Shown: positions 1-13,551, counted from the stretch's first letter. The stretch: 64,000 bases of DNA from Phoronis australis (GCA_002633005.1 NMRA01001012.1:1-64000); one strand, 5' to 3'. The notes: generated from the letters alone by a model not told the origin. Numbers and translations are program-made.

Positions 1-200
1 TCACCGACACTTATCATCATAGGGGTGACTGTATTACCTGTACGGCACCTGTATTGCCAGTGTCCAGTGTCACTCACCAACATATTCCACTCTAGGGCAA
101 ATGTATTGCCAGTGTCCCGATTCACTCATCCCGATTTTAGTCATAGCGTATTGCTAGTGCCCAGCCCACTTTTCATCACTACTCTACCTCTAAACTTTTC
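1..200. repeat. Degenerate ~45-55 bp tandem repeat
   Basis: Recurrent GTATTGCCAGTGTCC(A/C)G...TCACTCA-like units near 31, 51, 103 and 148. Confidence 0.5.
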
Positions 201-1489
201 ACTACCGACCAATTATTCTCATTCCTTAAAATACTTGTTGTTGGTTAACTTCCTAGTCTATCTGTTGTTATTCTCTCCATGTTAGCTTTTTTAACAAGGA
301 CTCTAGATGTTTCCGTTGCCGCAGTTCTATGTTCCCTTGTATGTATGTATTTAGGAATATACCCATATGTATTTCTGTACGTATTGCATACATATAGGTT
401 ATACAACGTACGAAGCCCGAGTTCAAATACTTATGCATATCACGAATCGAGATATGATAACACACTGGTACAAACACGTACTTTGTATAACCTATTTATC
501 CTATGCGCCACACTGAGGATTCTTTAAAGAAGCGGGTTTACACAGATTGCTCCGCTTGTTTTGTTGTGGTTTATCATCTTTTTTCAATGATCATCGCAGA
601 TTGCGTGTCACATATACGTGCACGCAATATTTTTATGAATGAATTTTTGACACGGCAGTTCAAGTGGTATTTTACAACAGCTACAGGCTTGGTGTGCATA
701 TCTGCTATTTTCAGTATTATCGTCAGAGTTTGAGCTAAATCTATTTCTAAGTTAAAGTCTGCTTACATTTCTGACGATTTTTCTTAACTTTGCTGAGTAA
801 TATCTGTGCAGGACACCCAGACGTTGTGGCTGATGCACGTTCAGACACTTCTTAAAAATGCTCCTTACACGCGGTTCTTATCATTTTTAGATAGAAAGTA
901 TTCCGAAAATTATCATAAAATTGACAAAAATACAATGTTTACAGCAGTTGCACTTTTTTCGGCTCGACGTATTTTGATTGTTTTGAGAACGAATTTTAAA
1001 ATTGACTCCTATTTGACCGTAAAGAACCTTAACTGGTGTAGTGCGATAGGTGACCAAAAGGAGGCATGCATTGGTAATGTATATTGCTTTCTTAATCCCA
1101 AATATATTGTGGCAAGTTCGAGACTTTTTGTAATTTAAGTGTTCTGCTTAGGTGCAAAATTTCATTGTATATTTAGAAAAATTGTCAATAATATTTTTAT
1201 TTCGCTTTTTGTTTAGTTTTGAGAACGCATATCTTAGTATCGGAATTTGAAAATATTGCGCACGGAGCTGAACCCTAATTGATGCTATATATACAGTTAT
1301 GTTTGTACTAATTGTAGTGTATTGTGTGCTCAGCAGGGAATTTTGGCGAGAAAGCAGGCATCCGTATTCAACACACGTTGAATACGGAAAATCCATAGTT
1401 AACGCGCGTTGAATACGGAAAAGTAGTTCTTCCATATCAAATCTCACAATACGACCCGTATTTCAAGGACATACTATCACACGTATAGG

Positions 1490-1662
1490 ATAAATATAGA
1501 TTATTACATGGCGAAGTCGTTATCCCCCGTTATCTAGAGCCCGAGTGGATTTTGGAGAATTATCGCCCGAGGGGCGTTAGCCCGAGGATGATAATGCTCC
1601 AAAATCCAGGAGGGCTCTAGATAAGGGGGATAACGGCTGAGAACATGTAATAATCTATTTAT
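1490..1662. repeat. Long imperfect palindrome (probable end of a non-autonomous DNA element)
   Basis: Left arm ATAGATTATTACATG...GTTATCCCC..TTATCTAGAGCCC..TGGATTTTGGAG.ATTATC is mirrored by GATAAT.CTCCAAAATCCA..GGGCTCTAGATAA.GGGGATAAC...CATGTAATAATCTAT around the centre CCCGAGGGGCGTTAGCCCGAGG. Confidence 0.75.
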
Positions 1663-3091
1663 ACCACATACTAAACGAGAAACATTGCAATGAATCGATT
1701 TACCTTTTCTGACTCTCCACGGCTTTGTAACTACTTTCTATGTCAGAGGCTCGGGGTCGGAGGTCGTGACCTTTTAAGAAAAGACGGGCTATTTTTGTCA
1801 AATAATGCTTTTACTCAAAACCAATTGAAAAATTAAATATAATAGAAATCAATTGAATTTATAAATTAAGGTTTACCAACTGTTATAGCTTAAAACACGT
1901 TTTTTTCACGCTAAGCTTCGACCGGGAAATTATCGTCTGCTAAAGTAGGTTACCACTGATAAATGAATATAATTCTCAAGTCAAAGATCCTGACGACACG
2001 ATACCCGTATTCAAACTGGAGATCGGTGATTTACAAGTAAAAATTTCACTGAATTAATATATCATTTTTATGGAAATTATGTGTCTTATTTTTCGTAGCG
2101 TATAAGTACAGTATAATGCGGTTTGTTGAAAATGGGATTATTGCCCGTGCTCATTTAAGTATTCTAGTTTCACTCTTGATGACGTCAGTCGCTGCATGGT
2201 GTAGTGGTAAAGTCGGCGACCAGCAGTTCCACGGTTGTATCTGCCATTTGACGCTAAAATTGTGGTATAAAGTGCACATATTCTGTACGTCACCTTATGT
2301 ATATTCTTTGGTTATCACCACTCCGTGTTAGCTGTGTACTCTCACATCGATTCCCTGTTGTGTGTTGTATATATTTTTAGATTACCATGTTATCCAGCTT
2401 TCCAATTCCATGATAGCCTCTTTCTTATATTCGTAGTTGCTTTTACTCCATTTTACCCAAAACAATATACTTTACTCTCTGTTTAGCTCGCTCTTCAATG
2501 AGTGGCCGGATGCATCCTTCTGTTGCGTCTGTGGCACATTGCCACCCATATTTACAGCTCAACATATTACATAACTTTTGTATTTATCAATACCTGTAGT
2601 AGTTTATTTTGTCATAATATATGTGTCCTTTTATCTCATCCTCATGCATCGCTTCTTTGTATAGTAGCTTCGGCATCGCTTCGCAGTTAGCGCATGGAAA
2701 TATGATTGTAAAGTATTCATTTTTTATATAAGCTATGCTGCTTCTTTCTCATTATCACGTTTTGATTCGCCGGCAGGTGGCCCTCTTTGGATTCCCCTAT
2801 TGCCTTACTGGTATCACGTGATTTTTTTGTATTGTTTCAACACTGTGCCATCGTATATATTTTGTGGTCAGCTCAGAAATTTTAATTCAATTTTTCTATA
2901 ACCCTCCCTCCCATCCCTTTTAAAGCTATTTATTTTGAATTTTCTCATGTCAATGTCTCAACATCTAAAACTTTTGAATTTATCAATACCTGTAGTAGTT
3001 TGGTGCAGATTGCCATCCACCTTTACAGCTCGACATATTATTAAATTTTGTATTAATTGATATCTGTATTATTTTAGTTTGTCATAATATA

Positions 3092-4740
3092 AACACCTCA
3101 GCAGAAGTTTGGAAATTTATGTTCACTCGTCCCTGTTTTCATTACTTTAGGTTTGTTTAAATTATGTGGCATACCAATGGAAAGATTACCAACAATACCA
3201 CATTATGACAATGATTTTTTACATGCTGCCAAAGAGGGCTTGGTCTCAAAGTGAATGTCGCAACTTTCCCTGTTTTTGCCAAGCTGTGTCACCACCTGCG
3301 ATGTGCTGGTGATTAACTCGGGGGAGGGGGATGGTCCGTGTGCTGGTTTCTAGTTCAATTTTCAATTTGAAATTGAAAAATGAAATCTGAAATAATAGTC
3401 AATATTTCATGATTCATATTTCCATTCTCAAATAAACCACGAAATAATGGTCAATATTTGACGTTTCAAATTTCCATTCTTAATTGAATCATGAAATTGG
3501 GAATCGGCGTTCAATATTCTACGACGCGTTTTTCCAATTCCAAAACCGCTGCAATTAGTTGACAGGCAGCTAATCAAAATGCGTATAACATAATTTAAGA
3601 TCCGCCCACGCGTCAATCAATTACGTAACCAGTAAACCAAACCTTGATGTTTCGTGAAAACAACACTCTGAATTTGACACTGTCTACGCTTGACGATTGT
3701 TTATCATTTATCCAGAAGATGATACAAGAAAATAAAACATTTCAACCAATCAGGATAGTGTTCAGTAAAGCAACGCTGTGATTGGTTGTAAAGCGTCGGC
3801 GGTAAGATGACTCATATTGAAACATGGAATATTGACAGGTCAATGTTTCATTTTTCAATTTCAAATTGAAAAATAAAAATACGAAATACGGAATCAAAAT
3901 TTCATTTTTGCAATTTCAGACTGAAAATAGGACATTGAATTTTGAGTCAATATTCCATGTTTCATTTTTCAATTTCAAAATGGAAAATTGAACTGGAAAC
4001 CAGCACACCGATTGGGGATAAAGACCAAGTTTATGAGACTCTTAGTGATAGCATGGACCTCCAGCTGCTAGCAGGCTCGGTATGAATCACAATTGTGCAA
4101 ATTGTGTTTAGAGTGTCCAGTTTGCAGCTTTCTTCAAATGGAATGACCCGCATCCAGCCCAGACTTGAACCCTATCGAACACCTGTGGGGCCAAATTTTT
4201 TCGAATGTTTATTATGAAAAATGTTTACCAAATCGGACGCGCGAGTAACCAACACAACCATTGGGGCTGATTACTGACGCAAGAGTGGAACCCCATCAAA
4301 CAGCAACGCGTCGCCAGTCTAGTAAACAGCATGTGAAGGTATGTCGCTGTAGTGACTGCGAATGGTTCTTCAACCTGATAATATCAGTTTTGTCTATCAG
4401 TCAAGTCTATCACTACTGTCTATAACTCAGTTGCTCAATAAATAAAGTGTTTTTAGATGTTGCCAAATTGTCATAAGTTTTTGTTATCATGGAAACAGCC
4501 CTGTAATTGCTATTGAAGAAGCTGAATGTTCAAACTTGAATTTGCAACATTCACTTAGCTACCAAGGTCTTTTTGGCAGCAAAGTTACTAAACACAATGA
4601 ACATTTTTTGACAGAATGTGGTATCGTTGAAAAGGAGTATGACTAGGCTTTTCATTAGTATGCAATATGATTTAGTTAAACTAACAACAATGAAAACACG
4701 GACGAGTGAATAAAAATTTTAAAAAATATGTTGGGGTGTT
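3092..4740 (+). mobile_element. Decayed Tc1/mariner DNA transposon
   Basis: Imperfect TIRs (AACACCTCAGCA...TTCACTCGTCC.TGTTTTCATT / AATGAAAACACGGACGAGTGAA...TGTTGGGGTGTT) flanked by TA. Transposase remnant ME*PASSPDLNPIEHLW at ~4138-4190. A paralogous empty site lies at ~2530-2695. Confidence 0.85.
3338..4008. mobile_element. MITE-like element nested in the Tc1 remnant
   Basis: TIRs GTGTGCTGGTTTCTAGTTCAATTTTCAATTTGAAATTGAAAAATGAAA / TTTCATTTTTCAATTTCAAAATGGAAAATTGAACTGGAAACCAGCACAC, internal subterminal repeats, no coding capacity. TSD unclear. Confidence 0.75.
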
Positions 4741-4803
4741 TATATGAACTTTTATCTCATCCTCATGCGTTGTAAACTATCTCTTCGCAGTTAGCGCATA
4801 ACG

Positions 4804-4928
4804 TTAACCAACTGGTGAGCCGCCATTTGATAGACTGCAACAATTGAATGTAACATCGTTAAGACCCGTATCGTCTCCGTCTCCTTGGTGTTCCTCAATG
4901 CGCGTTTGGATACTGCATATGGCCGCAT
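4804..4928 (-). CDS. VMO1: VMO1-like (vitelline membrane outer layer protein I) last coding exon
   Basis: Acceptor gttttag|AT; reads [41 protein letters not shown], the ICxIxTxxExxQGxxDDTxLNDVxFxCC VMO-I C-terminal motif. Confidence 0.88.
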
Positions 4929-5972
4929 CTAAAACACATATTAACAGAATTAATTATTTGTGAATAAGATTTTCTTTTGTCCGTGGAGATTGGTTGGACA
5001 GAAACTCGTTTCAAAGTAGTCGCGAACTGATTTTTGAAGTGACATTTAAATCCGTAATTTCAAAAAAACACAAGTTTTGATTTAGGTCGCTTATCGCTGT
5101 AAAATGGGCCTTACTCTGTTTAGAAGTCATCACTGGGCTTGGAAGAACTGAAGAATCGTTATTTTAGACCAAATTAAGCTCATAAAATCTCAAGGCACAC
5201 CGCCGTCTTATTTTTTTAGACTGCCTGTTCTCCCGACCATCGCCTATATCGATCGCCACGGTTTCATCCTGGCGCTTGCAAATTATTGAGGGAACACGTG
5301 CCTAACCTTTAAGGGATGACCTTAAGCTTTTATAATTGCTCAAAAACATGAGAAAGGCAATTGATTCTATCTTTGGTTCGGACTCAGCCCTCCGTGAGCG
5401 GCCCTAATGAAAGAAGAAGGTATGTAAAAAAGAGAGAGGGGAAACGTGTGACCATTCATCCCATCACTTCCAAGATTGGGGACCTAAATTATGGAAGAAA
5501 ATTTAATTTCAGAAACAGGAAATGAGCAGCAATTAATGTTATCATAAGAGCCTCTCTCCGCAGAGTTCCCAGTTTACGACACGTGATCCGCGCTTTCAAA
5601 AAGGAAGCAAGAGCACGACAGCTGGTTCCATTTTTCCAGAGAGTAGTCCCTGGAGAAATGCGGTTTTGCATTTCCTAAAAATTGTCTTCAGGAATTTTAA
5701 AATCTGTACCATCTATATAATACGTGAAAAAAACGTCCTGGCGAGGGGTCTTACAGTGACAATCCAGGATTGGTCGATAACAAAAATTTAATTTTCTCTC
5801 TCATATTTCGCCGTAGCTTTCTTTTCTCGACTGCAGAATCTTTGACTGCAGTTCAATCATTTCCCGCCATCTGTAAATTTCAACTGGATAGAGCAAAGAA
5901 GGGGGAGGATCTGAACACCATATAGAAAATATGCATTCAGTGAAACTCGCATACACTGCGTAGCACACGTGC

Positions 5973-6117
5973 CTTTGAAACAATGTGAAGGTTGTCCAGT
6001 GAAATGTCCTTCGACGCTACCATTCTCAGTATTTTTATAGTAACCGTCGTCGTTCGAATCCATTTTTCTGCACCAAAACTTAATGTCAGTTGCTGCCGCA
6101 TCATCCCATTTACGTCC
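5973..6117 (-). CDS. VMO1: VMO1-like internal exon
   Basis: Acceptor ttttcttcaag|GGA (phase 0); reads GRKWDDAAATDIKFWCRKMDSNDDGYYKNTENGSVEGHFTGQPSHCFK. Phase-1 donor is either a GC donor after 5973 or a GT donor after 5955; both join the last exon in frame. Confidence 0.82.
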
Positions 6118-8729
6118 CTTGAAGAAAACAAACAGTCGTTAAACTTTAGTGAGCTAAAGCATCACAATGAGTTGAAATGCTCCCACGACTGCACTGCACA
6201 TAGTATGCTTTTGGAAGCGTTAATAAATTTCATAAAAATGACAATTAGGAGTCGCAAAATATCCGAAGTAAATTTTTCATCTGTTGTAACAATCACTTAG
6301 GAATGCACTTGCCACATTTCACAAATATCTTGCAAAGGTTCGAGAGATACGACTGAAGATCCAAAAAAGCAAGGAATGCACACAATAGTCCAACTGGTCA
6401 ATAGTTAAACGTCAACAATTTTCTTATAGATGTTTTCATGTACGTTAGGCAGACAGAGAAAAAGATTTTAAAATGACCAAAACGACTGATAGATGGCGTA
6501 TATTTGTATGATTCATCCGAAAATAGATGCGTGTTCTGTACTCAATAGAGAACTAAATGCCAAACTTCATAAAATTGTCTCAAGGAATTTGGAAGATACA
6601 GATGCAAAAAATGCCACAAGAGGGCGCAGCGGCGGTCAGATCCTCTAGGAAGTCATCATCACTCGTTGTTTCATTCATAACAAAACACTTACATGTGAAG
6701 AAGGAGATTCAGCTGCCGACGCACAGAAAATGCCGCAGTAGTCAGACAAGTCCGAAAATGTGCCTCAGTCGTATTGTTCTCATAAGGGACACGTTTGCCA
6801 ATATGCATAATTATGATCCTTGCGTCAGTTTGGCAGGTAGAAAGGCAGAACCATCAAATAATATTGAAAATGGTCACTTGGTGGTGAAGAATACGACTAC
6901 ACTGTGAGTGTATTTTCATCTATTTAGCAGAAACCCATTTGTAAAAGGGAGTATATTATGCACTCAACTATGAAAACGCAGTTGTTGTATTGCTCAGTGG
7001 GAGTCTTTCCATGCGTTCATGAGTAGATCGCATTTACTAGTTGCAGAAACAGCCATTCATACACTTATTACTGATTAAACTTGAAGTTCCGAAGGCTTGC
7101 TCTGATGACTTAGAGCTGCATTTCGCCATCTTTAGTTGGCTATAAACGATCACTGAGTTAGCCCTATTTCTCTCTTGAAATCGATCTCGAACCGCACAAT
7201 GATGGCATTCTGTTTCCTTTACCAACAAGAACATCAGCAACTCAAGAAAACGCTTCAGAGTTTATTGGGATTGGCCAACAATAAAATTTGAAAATGGCGC
7301 ATCGACGCGTTGTCTGTGACTGAATTTGGTAATGGAAATGGAATGTTATAATGGTAAAGATTATTATGAGACCGAATCAATGAGAGTGTCGCCTAACTTG
7401 ATTTTCTTTCTTCTCCGAAATGTAGCTTTAGCAATAAATGCACTAAAATTGTGTACTTTGTCAAGAGTGGAATGTGATCTGCTGCTAGTGATGGTATCGT
7501 ATGGTGTTCGATTTTCACACCAAAATCTAACCGTAGATTTAAAAGGATACCAATCCCGGTTTTGGCCTAATAACAGATGCTAAATACATCTTTCCCATTC
7601 AGTTCTCTAAAACAAAATAATACTCTGTAACTTTCGACAACCCTCAAAAGTTTGGAGGAAAATTTGATAACTCCTTTCAAAATCTGGTAAAGGGGCAAGC
7701 GTGACCTACATTTTTGCGAATTACTCGGCAGCTGTGGGAAAGACCACCCACCAAGGACCATAATGTCCGTGAGATAGGAAGTGTGAGCGTTTAGTGGATT
7801 CCTTCCTTGAACTTGAAAGATTGACGCCAGTTATGCATTAGAAGGTGACAGGACGAGTACTGGTGGAAATCATTAAAAGAGGAATTAGTACCCTTTTACG
7901 ATTTGAAGACCCTTATCAAAGCTTTTTGAGTGATCCATAAAAATACTTGAACCAAATTTCTTTCAAGTCCCGGGTGAAATTATCCTTCAATATTACTTCA
8001 CATTTTTTCAAATTAAATTGATTTTCTTTTGTGCACATTTCTTTTCTGCATACGTGTCATTGTACTTTGAACATGCTTGCAAAAACAATTTCAGTAACGT
8101 CCCATAAAAATCTGTTTCTGATGTTGTAACCTTTTCTAAATCACCTACGTTTCACTGCCTTATGTACCATGGCAATTACCTTACCGAGGTCTTTCAAATA
8201 GTTACCTAACCATGACTGCGTCCCATACACCCAAAACGATAGCGAAGCACCGGATGCGAGAAGTCTCCCGTTATAGAACAGAAAAGTGAATTTTATCCCA
8301 CAACACTTAACCTCACCGACCAATCATCTCAATGGCCACGCATTTCCCCGGGATATGCTATAGTATTGTCTCGAGCAAACATATTGACGCGAGCTGTCAG
8401 CTCTGCGATCGTTCACTCGAGACAGACACATGAGGCTCTTAACCATGTCGATCATTTCCGTGTTCTTCATCTTCTGGTCGGAATCAACTCTCATAACGGA
8501 ATGTTTCACACAGGTAGAGCGCACACTCATCCGAAGTTTTCTTACTCATATTGCTCGGTTCAGTTTTGTGTCTGCCAGTAACGCATAATTACATTTGGTC
8601 CAATTTCAGCTAGTCAGTGGGGGTTATAACCCTTTAAAATTTATCGAGATTGTTACATTTGTTATGTACTATTGTTAGATTGTAACCAACATACCTACCA
8701 TTCAGTATAGAATACATTACATTACATAC

Positions 8730-8944
8730 CTGGAATAATTCAACTCGTAAGTCGAAACCAGTCAAAAATTCATTCTTTTCGCAAAATTGCCACATAGACC
8801 AAGACCCAAGATGGCCCACCGAAGATAATACTCTGTAGTCATAATCAGTCCTCTCACTATCAGGGCTTGCACACATTTGTTGGATGCCATTTAATCCCGT
8901 GTCGTCTCCACTACCTTGGTCAGGCTCTACCTCCGTACGAAAAC
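8730..8944 (-). CDS. VMO1: VMO1-like internal exon
   Basis: Acceptor atttcgtag|GT (phase 1); reads GFRTEVEPDQGSGDDTGLNGIQQMCASPDSERTDYDYRVLSSVGHLGSWSMWQFCEKNEFLTGFDLRVELFQ; donor CAG|gtatgt (phase 0). Typical VMO-I repeat motifs. Confidence 0.88.
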
Positions 8945-10974
8945 CTACGAAATATTCATATGCAAATTATTTTTATGTACTCAATAGGTGGAATTGATCT
9001 TGAAAGTCGACATGTTGAATCAATAGTGAACAAAAATGAATAGACTCGTAAGGATTACGTCTGCTTGATTAACACGCATTCTAGTGGATGGGTAACCCCT
9101 TATCATTGCAGCAATGTAAAACAAAGGAGACAGTATTCCCATAAAAGATTTTAGTGTGCTCTGATCTTAGAAGGAAATCATATGAAGTAAATATTTGGAA
9201 GAAAATCTGATAAAATACAGTTTATAAATTATATTTCATTTTCCTCCTATTGCTCGTATGTATACGACATTGTTTGTTACGCTACACCGGAAAAGTAATA
9301 TTCGTACCCATCATCTGCATCAAGTGGTCACTTTTGTTGGAATAATGAGATACATAATTCGATGGTATAAAGACTTATTATGTTAAAGATGCATAGTCTC
9401 ATTATATTGTGAATATGCAAATTTACCACTAATATAAAAACAACCCATGGTCCTCTAGTTTGCCGGAAACCATCCGAGAACTAGTTACTATTATAATATT
9501 GCAAAAGACGTAGCACGTTTAAAGCACCTCTGAAGAAAGGAATTCTACACTTTTATTTTTAATAAACTTTTCACACATGTTTGGAAATGTTAGTAATAGT
9601 AATGTAATAGTGCCTATCACTGGATGACCGAAAATACAAGTGAGATATAACCAAAAAAAGAATATCAAAACAAGAACGCAACCGATCACTTGGAAAATAC
9701 ACGAACAGCCCACACCGGTATGATTCTCCTAATGTATATGTATTCCCCAGTGAGTTAAGGACAATGGTTATCTGAAGGATAGTTGTAGGAAGCCATACAT
9801 TATGTCTTTCAACGTATTCTAATACAAGCTGTGGAAGTCAACATAGTTTTTTAAAAGTATGGTCCCAATTAGCTTAACACTGCCAAATTTCATGCGAAAG
9901 ACAAATTCTTGTAGATTAGGTGTGTTATGTCTCATCAGCCAACGCAAACCGTTGATGAGGTCTCGCTTCTTCATTGCTGCGATCTTGTGAGGTCTTGCAA
10001 TATGCTTGTTTTTCTGGCGAGGAATTAGGTCTATGGAAGGTTCTCCGGGTCTGGAATTCCTTAGATCTGAGGCAGTTGCAAACTACTTGCGGCGAAAAAC
10101 CTTCGCTTATGAACTAGAAACAATGAATTCTATGCCGTAATTCCACGTCCTAACCTCACTGACCAGTCACTTCAGTGACCGCCATTTTCCTAACCTTCGC
10201 TAGCTAGTAAGGTCACAAGCGAACACTGGCATGATTTGCTTGGTCTTGCGTGATCGTACTCTTCTGTCAACCTTCTTGTGTTTACGGAACTCTCAACCCC
10301 GGATAAAAACAATTGGTTGTTCAGACGGAAGGTTTTAGTACAGGAGGAACAGCCGGCAGAAAAGACTTTTGTGAACGTTCACGATAGCACCGCTTTATGA
10401 ACGGCTTGTTTTAACATTTAAAAATGTTCCCGCTGGAATGCCTAACAATTTTAAAGCTTTCACTGAACCCCGTGCTTTCTGTAAAAAATAAAGTTTTGAA
10501 TTCGATCGCTTACCATTGTGAAACTGGTCTCTGCGGCTTGGAATTCAACGACTTTTATCTAAGGATACGTACTACCAGTTCTTCCTGAGAGTAGAGATCA
10601 CTTCTAAACTGAATAAAGAACAAGACAATAACTCGAATTTTGACAGAAGGCACGGGTTTGATACCGCTTTAAAAGTTACCCGCAGCTTGAAAGTGTGGCA
10701 TGGCTGTTAATATCTGCTTACGGCAAAGCCTATCTCTACCTTTTACCTGCTTGGAAATTGCTATGTGTCTCTATTAATTTTGGACCCGTACTGTAAGCGA
10801 ATTGACCATCTGGACAGTAATCAATGTGATCTCAATCACCAAAATATTTGCCTTGATTCGGTACCGAGAGAACGGAAGCGAATACCCTAGAAGTTACGAT
10901 CCCAATTACTCCATGCTTACTCTTACTGCGAAGCTCGAAAAATGGCGGCAGACTTTTAAATTTACTCCCATTCA

Positions 10975-11820
10975 ATGGATGATTCTGAGTGGCAAATTGT
11001 ACGTAAATGTAAACCAAGCAAGGACAGTAGCGAGTTAAGGACAACTATGAACCGTACAGGTGATATAGGTAGCAAAAAGTTTAATTCTCAACCTACAATT
11101 AGTGAAGCTATATCAAGCATGCCGACCTCTCCAGCTCCACGTGATCATCAAGGTGAGATATCGGAACTCATATTGAAAGAAATACGAGATCTAAAGTCGG
11201 CTCAAGATGGGCTTAGAAAAACGTTTGAATCCAAAATAGATAAAATACGCAATAACATTACAAATTCTATTGATATCAATCTAAAGTCCTTCAAGGCGGA
11301 TATTGTTATGGATTTTGCACACCTCGACAACCGTGTCAACGCGTTGGAGAAGCATTACACGCATGGTTCAAGTTTAGTCATTCAGAACGACCCTTTGAAA
11401 AACAATGACTTGTGTATTATCGCATCAGGCATAGTCGACCTTTATGTGAAGTGACCGAAGAACTGTTATGTAGCATGGGCCTGTCTTCAGATGTGACCTT
11501 ACTATAATTGCACCTGTCTGAACGCTCAACAGGGGGATACAAGGCCTCCTGTGGTCAAACTTCCTGTTGAGTCACTGGCTCAAAAACTTCTAGTGCTGCG
11601 GAACAACCAAAAAATTAAGTGCACGCCTTTATTTCAACGAGTTGTTCTTCGTGGAAGCAAATCTCACACTGACAGGTTAATTGAAATTAAATTCAAAACA
11701 ATCATTGAAACTTTGCCGAACAACAAGGAATTCACGATACGCTCAAGTGATTGAATTGTGAGAGTGGCCACAGGTGAGGAGGCTTACTCGGGGAACAAAA
11801 GAATTCGTGATGCAGAATAG
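10975..11820 (+). pseudogene. LINE ORF1 (coiled coil plus RRM-like), frameshifted
   Basis: ORFs 10975-11454 and 11551-11754 read as one ORF1: heptad region LKEIRDLKSAQDGLRKTFESKIDKIR then VKL..K..VLRN.....GSKSHTDRL. Confidence 0.7.
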
Positions 11821-13551
11821 GACAGCGTTTTGAGGATTTGCAAGGCCAATGTCTTTGGTTGGACTAGCAACAATTCATTGCTCCGTGAACAATTGCTGTC
11901 TTCATCCACATCATAGGGGTGGTAGAAATTCATTTACATGCAAATAAATCTATTACCTTGCCCGATTATTGTTGGTACGGACACAATAGGCAGCTTATAA
12001 ACAAGCGGGCCCCAAGAGGTTCGGGTGGGGTAGGAATATTCGTTAAAATGATTTGTTTAAAGCATTTAAACTTGATATTGTTGATATGTCGTGTGATGGT
12101 ATATTAGCTTTAAGACTAACTCATATACACTCAGACTATTGTATAATTGTATTTTGTTGCTATTTACCACCTGAGAACTCTTCAAGGGGTTGTGATCCGG
12201 ATAGTTTCTATAGGCATCTATTATGCCAGTTATATTTACATGCAGATATATCAGATGACATTGTTACATGTGGAGATTTTAACTCGAGAGTGGGTAATTT
12301 GAATGATTACATTCCAGATGTTGATTGTCAATTAAATAAAGGAGCTGTAAATAGTGATGGTAGAAATTTGATTGACTTTTTGTTCGGCTCTAAAACTTGC
12401 ATAGTAAATGGTAGGAAAGAGATAAGTAAAGATAACTTCACATCAATAAGTCATAGTGGGAGAGCGGTTGTAGATTACTTTATTGTCCCCCGTGAGTCGC
12501 TCTAGTCTTGTCTTAAATTTGAGGTCCATGCTTGTACAGAGGTAGTTGACAAACATCATTTACAAGGACTCCTGTCAGAAAAGCAAAAAATTCCTGATCA
12601 CAGTGTATTTTTATTAGAAATTATGGTACACGTTCCAGTGAATATAAGTGACGAATCTGTAGAGGATCACGGTACGGAAAACTCCTTTGATATGCAATTT
12701 AGAAAACGGTTTAAATTAAATTCTATCCCTAGTGAATTCATAGATAATGAGATATTCAAAAGGGCGATTGGAGAGTTGCTTTTAATATTAGAAAATGAGT
12801 TTCGAATACAATATGAAGTTGATGGGATTTATAACTCCCTCTGCGAAATTATAAAAACAGAAGTGGAATTGCATTTAAGATGTATTCAAAGTTGTAATAA
12901 AAATCTGAGAAAAAAATTAAGGCAAACAAGCCCTTTTGGAATGATGAATTAACGCAACTTTGGGGAAAAGTGGCCCAAAAAGAAAAAAGTATTTCTCAAA
13001 GAAAAAAATACTAAACGACGAAGGCAGCGACTGTATGAATATAAGAACTCTATATATTACTTTGACAAGAGATTCAGGTTTTTCTAAAGGCAGTATTTGA
13101 AAAATAAATGAACACTGATTGAAGATTCATGTAAAAATGACCCCAATGTTTTTTGGAAGGAACTCAAGAATTTAGGACCTCAGCTCAAGATCAGACATGA
13201 AAATATTATTCACTCAGAAAGATGGGAGGCCAGTTTAAGAGATTTGTTTGCAAAAATTCCAATGGGTGAAAGTCAAAACGTAGAGAATTTGGTGAAAGCA
13301 TTGCAATATGCTGAATATTCGGGTCATGTAAAAAAAGCACTGGAAAAAAAGTTTTTCGTTTTTTGAAGTTTATTCTGTTATTAGCAAATTAAAATCGGGC
13401 AAGGCCATTGGAATAGACGGTATACCATACAAAGTGCTGAGATCACAAGAGATGGTTAATATTTTGGTCTCGCTCTTTCAAAAGGTCTTTGGCACTGGAT
13501 TTATTCCATCATTTATCGTAATCGATTTTGCTCGGGGTACGCCACGAGCTA

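Noticed and set aside
1030-1125. tRNA gene (A-box and B-box-like motifs; also TGGTGTAGTGG at ~2198)
   Set aside because: No cloverleaf can be folded; at best old SINE remnants.
7725-7870. Possible VMO1 middle exon (TGVN..GHYGPW..SC)
   Set aside because: Needs several frameshifts, and an intact in-phase exon exists at 6117-5973. At most a decayed duplicate.
9519-9713. Hydrophobic ORF as the VMO1 signal-peptide exon
   Set aside because: Non-ATG start, no VMO-I N-terminal motif and no suitable phase-1 donor recognised.
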